Shown: positions 60,267 to 64,000 of the stretch, piece after piece
Numbering within the stretch: position 1 is the first letter of the stretch
Layout of the letters: every line of letters starts with the position of its first letter
NCBI GenBank assembly: GCA_964419155.1
Contig: CAYQOK010000001.1
Span: 3,623-67,622 of the forward strand
Origin: Candidatus Woesearchaeota archaeon
Lineage (GTDB): Archaea; Nanobdellota; Nanobdellia; Pacearchaeales; GW2011-AR1
Length of the DNA stretch: 64,000 bases
Reading direction: 5' to 3'
Program-made: the position numbers and the translations under genes
The notes under the pieces: generated by a model
What the model was told of the DNA's origin: nothing
Databases searched by the model: none
Seen by the model: only the letters and a program-made list of their open reading frames with translations

Positions 60267-61796
60267 TTAAGAATTCTTTGCGTAGATAACTAAAGTAGGT
60301 GCATTATTTATATTAATAGCTTTTACAGGGGTATAATTAAATTCTGAAAGCCCTTGTTGAGAATAAGCCCATTCAGGATGTTTTTCAAATATAGAGATTA
60401 TAATATATTTAGGATTTAGTTCTGATATATTCTTAATTAAATCTTCTTTAGTATCTGAAAAAGCATAACTATGTCTTTCTGAATAATAAGTGTTTTGAGT
60501 TCTACTCTGTGTTAAAATAATATCTCCTGGTTTTGAATTTTGTTTAATCCATAATGCAGCATCTTTTACAGGGCCATAAGAAGAAATACTTCTTTTTATA
60601 ATATTATCTGAAGAAACTAATAGTTGATAACTTCCAGTAATTAAAATAAATATAATAAATATCATTGGAAGTTTTTTATGAATTTTTTTAAGATATTCAG
60701 AAATTTTTATAATTGAATAACTGATTATATAAAACATTGCAGGGAAAATCATAAAAATATATCTATCTTCATAGTGGCTTACTCCAAAACCAAAGTAAAG
60801 GAGAGGAATCATAATCCAAATTAAAATTAAAAATTTTGAATTTAAAAATTTGTTTTTATTTTTAAAAACAAGGTCTAATCCTAAAAATACATCTAAGAAA
60901 AATAAAATTCCTATGAAGAGAATTATTAAAAGTAAATTGTTTAAATAATATGGAAAGGAGTTTATATATTGCATAAATATACTCAATCCTGATGAAAATG
61001 TAATTCCTTCAAGAGCACCTGAACCTGCATGAATAATAGGATAAAGGGGGTGGCCTAATTTTAATTGATTCCAAATTAAATATGGGCTTACAATAATTAA
61101 TGAGATTATTCCAGATATCCAATAATCTTTATTTTTTAGAGCATTTAATCTTTCAGTAGATAATATATAAAGAATTAATATAACAAAAAATAAAAAAGTC
61201 GGAAATCTAATTAAGGTCCCTATTGCAATTAGTGGAAAAACAAGCCATGTTGCTTTTTGTTTTTTTAATAAAAACAAATAATAAGCTGATAATCCAAGAG
61301 TTATGTGCAAAACATCGACCATAATTCTCATTGAGTAAAAAAGATTAACATAAACAATGGAGTAAAAAAAAGAAGATAAAAGAGCAATATTTTTATTAAA
61401 TAATTTTTCGCCAACTAAATAAACTAAAAATACTGTAAAAACAGAGATTAAAATTAAAAAAAATCTAATAGATAGTTCTCCCATACCAATAAAATAAAAG
61501 AAAGATAATAAAATGGAAAATAAAATTGGTCTTCCTTCCCAAAAACCTGTTTCAGGTGTGTTTAATGCAATATTTTTTGCTTTTAATAAATACTCTGCCT
61601 CATCCCACCAAACAGCCTGATCTTTTGTTAAAGAAAAATAATAAACACGAACAAGGAAAGAAAATAGCAAAATTAGTATCAAGAATACCAATGGTTTATT
61701 TTTAAAAAAATTAATTATATTTTTTTTAGTTTCTTTTTTCTTTTTTTCAAGTTCTTTTGAATCTTCTAAAGCATTTTCTTTTAGATCTTCACCCAT
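60267..61796 (-). CDS. GT-C fold membrane glycosyltransferase (ArnT/PMT-like)
   Basis: More than 10 TM helices. First-loop 'VWWDEAEYLLKAK' resembles the ArnT/PMT DE motif. Short soluble C-terminus. Confidence 0.5.
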   Translation of the reverse strand: MGEDLKENALEDSKELEKKKKETKKNIINFFKNKPLVFLILILLFSFLVRVYYFSLTKDQAVWWDEAEYLLKAKNIALNTPETGFWEGRPILFSILLSFFYFIGMGELSIRFFLILISVFTVFLVYLVGEKLFNKNIALLSSFFYSIVYVNLFYSMRIMVDVLHITLGLSAYYLFLLKKQKATWLVFPLIAIGTLIRFPTFLFFVILILYILSTERLNALKNKDYWISGIISLIIVSPYLIWNQLKLGHPLYPIIHAGSGALEGITFSSGLSIFMQYINSFPYYLNNLLLIILFIGILFFLDVFLGLDLVFKNKNKFLNSKFLILIWIMIPLLYFGFGVSHYEDRYIFMIFPAMFYIISYSIIKISEYLKKIHKKLPMIFIIFILITGSYQLLVSSDNIIKRSISSYGPVKDAALWIKQNSKPGDIILTQSRTQNTYYSERHSYAFSDTKEDLIKNISELNPKYIIISIFEKHPEWAYSQQGLSEFNYTPVKAININNAPTLVIYAKNS

Positions 61797-61885
61797 AAAT
61801 TAATTATATAATTAAGGTTTTTAATGTTTTGTGCTTGATAGATTATAAAGAAAAGGATTAAAAAGAAAGTTTATTAATAAAGAAG

Positions 61886-62613
61886 ATGAAAAAGCATCTT
61901 TATAACTCAAAATTATCAAAGTTTAAATGGTTTGTTAAAAGGTTTGGTTTAAAAGAGGTTTTTAAAAAACCGATAAGAGTATTGTTTTCAAAACAGATTA
62001 TAAAAAGGAAGAAAGATTCTTATTTTTTCTTAAATAATAAAAAATATGCTCTTTTTTATAATGAATATAATACAACATGGGATAATGAACGATGTGTTGA
62101 AGTTCCAGTTATTAATAATATAATAAATGAATTTTTAAAAAATAAAAATAAAAAGATTCTTGAAATAGGTAATGTGTTATCTAATTACTTTAAAAAACAA
62201 TGGGATATATTAGACAAATATGAAAAAGGATTTGGGGTAATTAACAAAGATATTCTTAATTTTAATCCTAATGTTAAATATGATTTAATTGTTTCTATTT
62301 CAACATTAGAGCATATTGGATTTGATGATTTTCCATTTGATTCGGGAGAAAAGATTTTAAAATCTATTGAGTATATAAGAAAATCCCTATTAAATAGGGG
62401 GGGTTGTTTGTGTTTACGATTCCAATTAACTATAACCCCTACTTAGATAAATTAATATCTAATAAGAAAATAAAGATGACGAAAACCTATTTTTTAAAAA
62501 GAATTAAAAAAGACATTTGGAAGCAGGTTGATTTAAATGAAGAATTAAAAAGTAAATATGGAAAGCCATTTGCTTATGATAATTGTGTGATGATAGGAGA
62601 AATTGAAAATTAA
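61886..62613 (+). pseudogene. Class I SAM-dependent methyltransferase split by a frameshift at a 7-G homopolymer
   Basis: Frame 1 has 'ILEIGNVLSNY' and 'YDLIVSISTLEHIGFDD' and stops 16 codons after the G7 at 62397-62403. The +1 frame continues 'GGLFVFTIPINYNPY...', which is the expected post-motif-III sequence. One extra G would fuse both frames into about 242 aa. Confidence 0.6.
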
Positions 62614-62614
62614 T

Positions 62615-63529
62615 CTAATGTTTTGTGCTTTTTACCCTTAACCAAGTTTTATTAAAACTTCTTTTCCAAAGTCTTTTATCAAAAATAACTCTAAACCAAA
62701 TGTAAAATCTCAGGATAATTAAAAGAAAAAACCAAAAAATTCTTTTAAAGGATTTTAAATTTAAAAGAGATTTAATGCCCACTGATATTTCCTCAAATAA
62801 TGAACTAGTTTTAGAAAATTTAAAATAATTATTTAATTGATAATATCTAGCAGCTGTTCTTTTTTTTTGTTTAATCCAATCCACAAGATTATCTGGATAT
62901 AATACAAAAACTTTTGCACGAGGTTCATAAATTGTCTTGTGAGACTTTTTGTTTAGCATTAAAGATATAAATGCATCATCTGCTAATGCGTCCTCTGGAA
63001 TTTTTTTAATAATATTTGATTTTATTGCATAAAGATAACCTGAACAGATAATATTTTTATTTAATCTTGTTTGTTTTAATCTTAGTTTATGAAATCCATT
63101 TGTTAATAAAAATGCCCAAAAACCAAACATTTTTTTTAAGTCATTAGTTGAAACAACTCTTGCGCTAACACCTCCTAAATCTATTTTATTTTCTTTAAAG
63201 TGTTTTATTAAATATTTTAGAGAAATATTAGAAACATAAACATCTCCGTCTGTTAAGATTAATAAATCTCCTTTTGCTTTTGAGAATCCTATATTTAATG
63301 CAGTTGGCTTACCTTTTCCAGGATCTTTAATAGATCTTATTCTTGGATTTTTCCTTGAAAAATCTTTTACAACTTCAAGTGTTTCTTTATCTGGTGCAAG
63401 AACAATTATTTCATAATCTATTTTATTTTTTTTATAATTTTTTAATAAATCTTGTTTTAAAAAAGAATTTATAGATCTTGAAATTAAATGAGATTCTTTA
63501 AAAGAAGTTATTATTATTGAGATCTTCAT
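62615..63529 (-). CDS. GT2 glycosyltransferase with C-terminal TM
   Basis: 'MKISIIITSFKESHLI', 'EIIVLAPDKETLE' and 'LILTDGDVYV' (DxD). C-terminal hydrophobic 'IFWFFLLIILRFYIWF'. Confidence 0.7.
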   Translation of the reverse strand: MKISIIITSFKESHLISRSINSFLKQDLLKNYKKNKIDYEIIVLAPDKETLEVVKDFSRKNPRIRSIKDPGKGKPTALNIGFSKAKGDLLILTDGDVYVSNISLKYLIKHFKENKIDLGGVSARVVSTNDLKKMFGFWAFLLTNGFHKLRLKQTRLNKNIICSGYLYAIKSNIIKKIPEDALADDAFISLMLNKKSHKTIYEPRAKVFVLYPDNLVDWIKQKKRTAARYYQLNNYFKFSKTSSLFEEISVGIKSLLNLKSFKRIFWFFLLIILRFYIWFRVIFDKRLWKRSFNKTWLRVKSTKH

Positions 63530-63549
63530 GGGGTTATTTGTTTTAATTT

Positions 63550-64000
63550 TTAATTGAAAAATCTAATTATTTCTTCTAAAACTTCATTAGAAGATATGCT
63601 TTTAACAAGATTTTCATTGTACTGGTCCATTTTTTCAGGAAAAAATTCATTAAGTTTTGGAGAAATTTTTTTAGATAATAAGTTGTAACCCTCAATTTCA
63701 TGAGGACTTGTACAAAAAAATAATCCAACAACTCTTTTTTTTAATGCTAAAGCAACATGTAAACAAAAACTATCTCCGCAAACAACTCCATCACAAATAT
63801 TAACTAAAGAAATAAATTCTCTTATTGTATTATTTGGGTTGTTTTGAATAACATTGATCCCTATATCTTTAAGTTCTTTTGTTATTAAATCTTGTTCTTT
63901 AACTTCATTAGTTCCACCAAATAAGATAATAGAATAACCTAATTCTTGTGATTTTTTAATAAAATCTTTAACATTATCTTTATGCCATTTTTTAGAAGGC
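63550..64000 (-). CDS. GT9 (ADP-heptose:LPS heptosyltransferase-like) glycosyltransferase, 5' end outside window
   Basis: Hand translation of the minus strand gives '...LVNICDGVVCGDSFCLHVALALKKRVVGLFFCTSPHE...'. This matches the GT9 C-terminal nDSGpmHlAaAlg...T.P block. Confidence 0.55.
   Translation of the reverse strand, partial: PSKKWHKDNVKDFIKKSQELGYSIILFGGTNEVKEQDLITKELKDIGINVIQNNPNNTIREFISLVNICDGVVCGDSFCLHVALALKKRVVGLFFCTSPHEIEGYNLLSKKISPKLNEFFPEKMDQYNENLVKSISSNEVLEEIIRFFN

Noticed and set aside
1-64000. CRISPR arrays, rRNA genes, transposases, integrases, toxin-antitoxin or restriction-modification genes
   Set aside because: Looked for short regularly spaced direct repeats, rRNA-like GC-rich blocks, DDE/tyrosine-recombinase and nuclease or helicase motifs in all listed ORFs. 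Found none. The single GC-rich island at 10767-10846 folds as a tRNA.

Overview
Very AT-rich, gene-dense archaeal fragment (by eye; GC not computed), most consistent with a small-genome DPANN-type archaeon. The basis for this is inference from archaeal r-protein operon order, aIF5A/L40e/Cdc48/AglB, Shine-Dalgarno-like GGAGG sites, 4-nt ATGA gene overlaps and widespread Lys/Glu-rich tails. Main contents, in order: a cadherin-like surface protein (5' partial). A minus-strand ftsZ with two small partners. FKBP, aIF5A and L40e (L40e is missing from the ORF track). An S2P/M50 protease. L1-P0-L12 with no L11 upstream. tRNA-Ser. A 1287-aa membrane-anchored SGNH-hydrolase surface protein. Hsp20 overlapping Cdc48. 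A membrane/HTH regulator cluster (XRE, membrane-tethered ArsR-like, SIMPL). A CPA2/RCK antiporter. AMP phosphorylase, with an eIF2B-like ribose-1,5-bisphosphate isomerase candidate about 18 kb downstream. A GT4 gene plus GT2 remnant bracketed by 9-bp direct repeats and perfect 16-bp inverted repeats. The long archaeal L3...L15-secY ribosomal operon, with SUI1 embedded and secY followed by a DUF106/Oxa1-like gene instead of adk. From 45.6 kb to the window end there is a roughly 18 kb protein-glycosylation island: AglB/STT3, AglH-like GPT, flippase, four GT2, three GT4-like, two GT-C, one GT9, two paralogous B12-binding radical-SAM enzymes, and a SAM-methyltransferase interrupted by a 7-G homopolymer frameshift. 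No rRNA, CRISPR array, transposase, integrase or obvious defence genes were seen. All calls come from reading motifs in the supplied translations; no searches were run.
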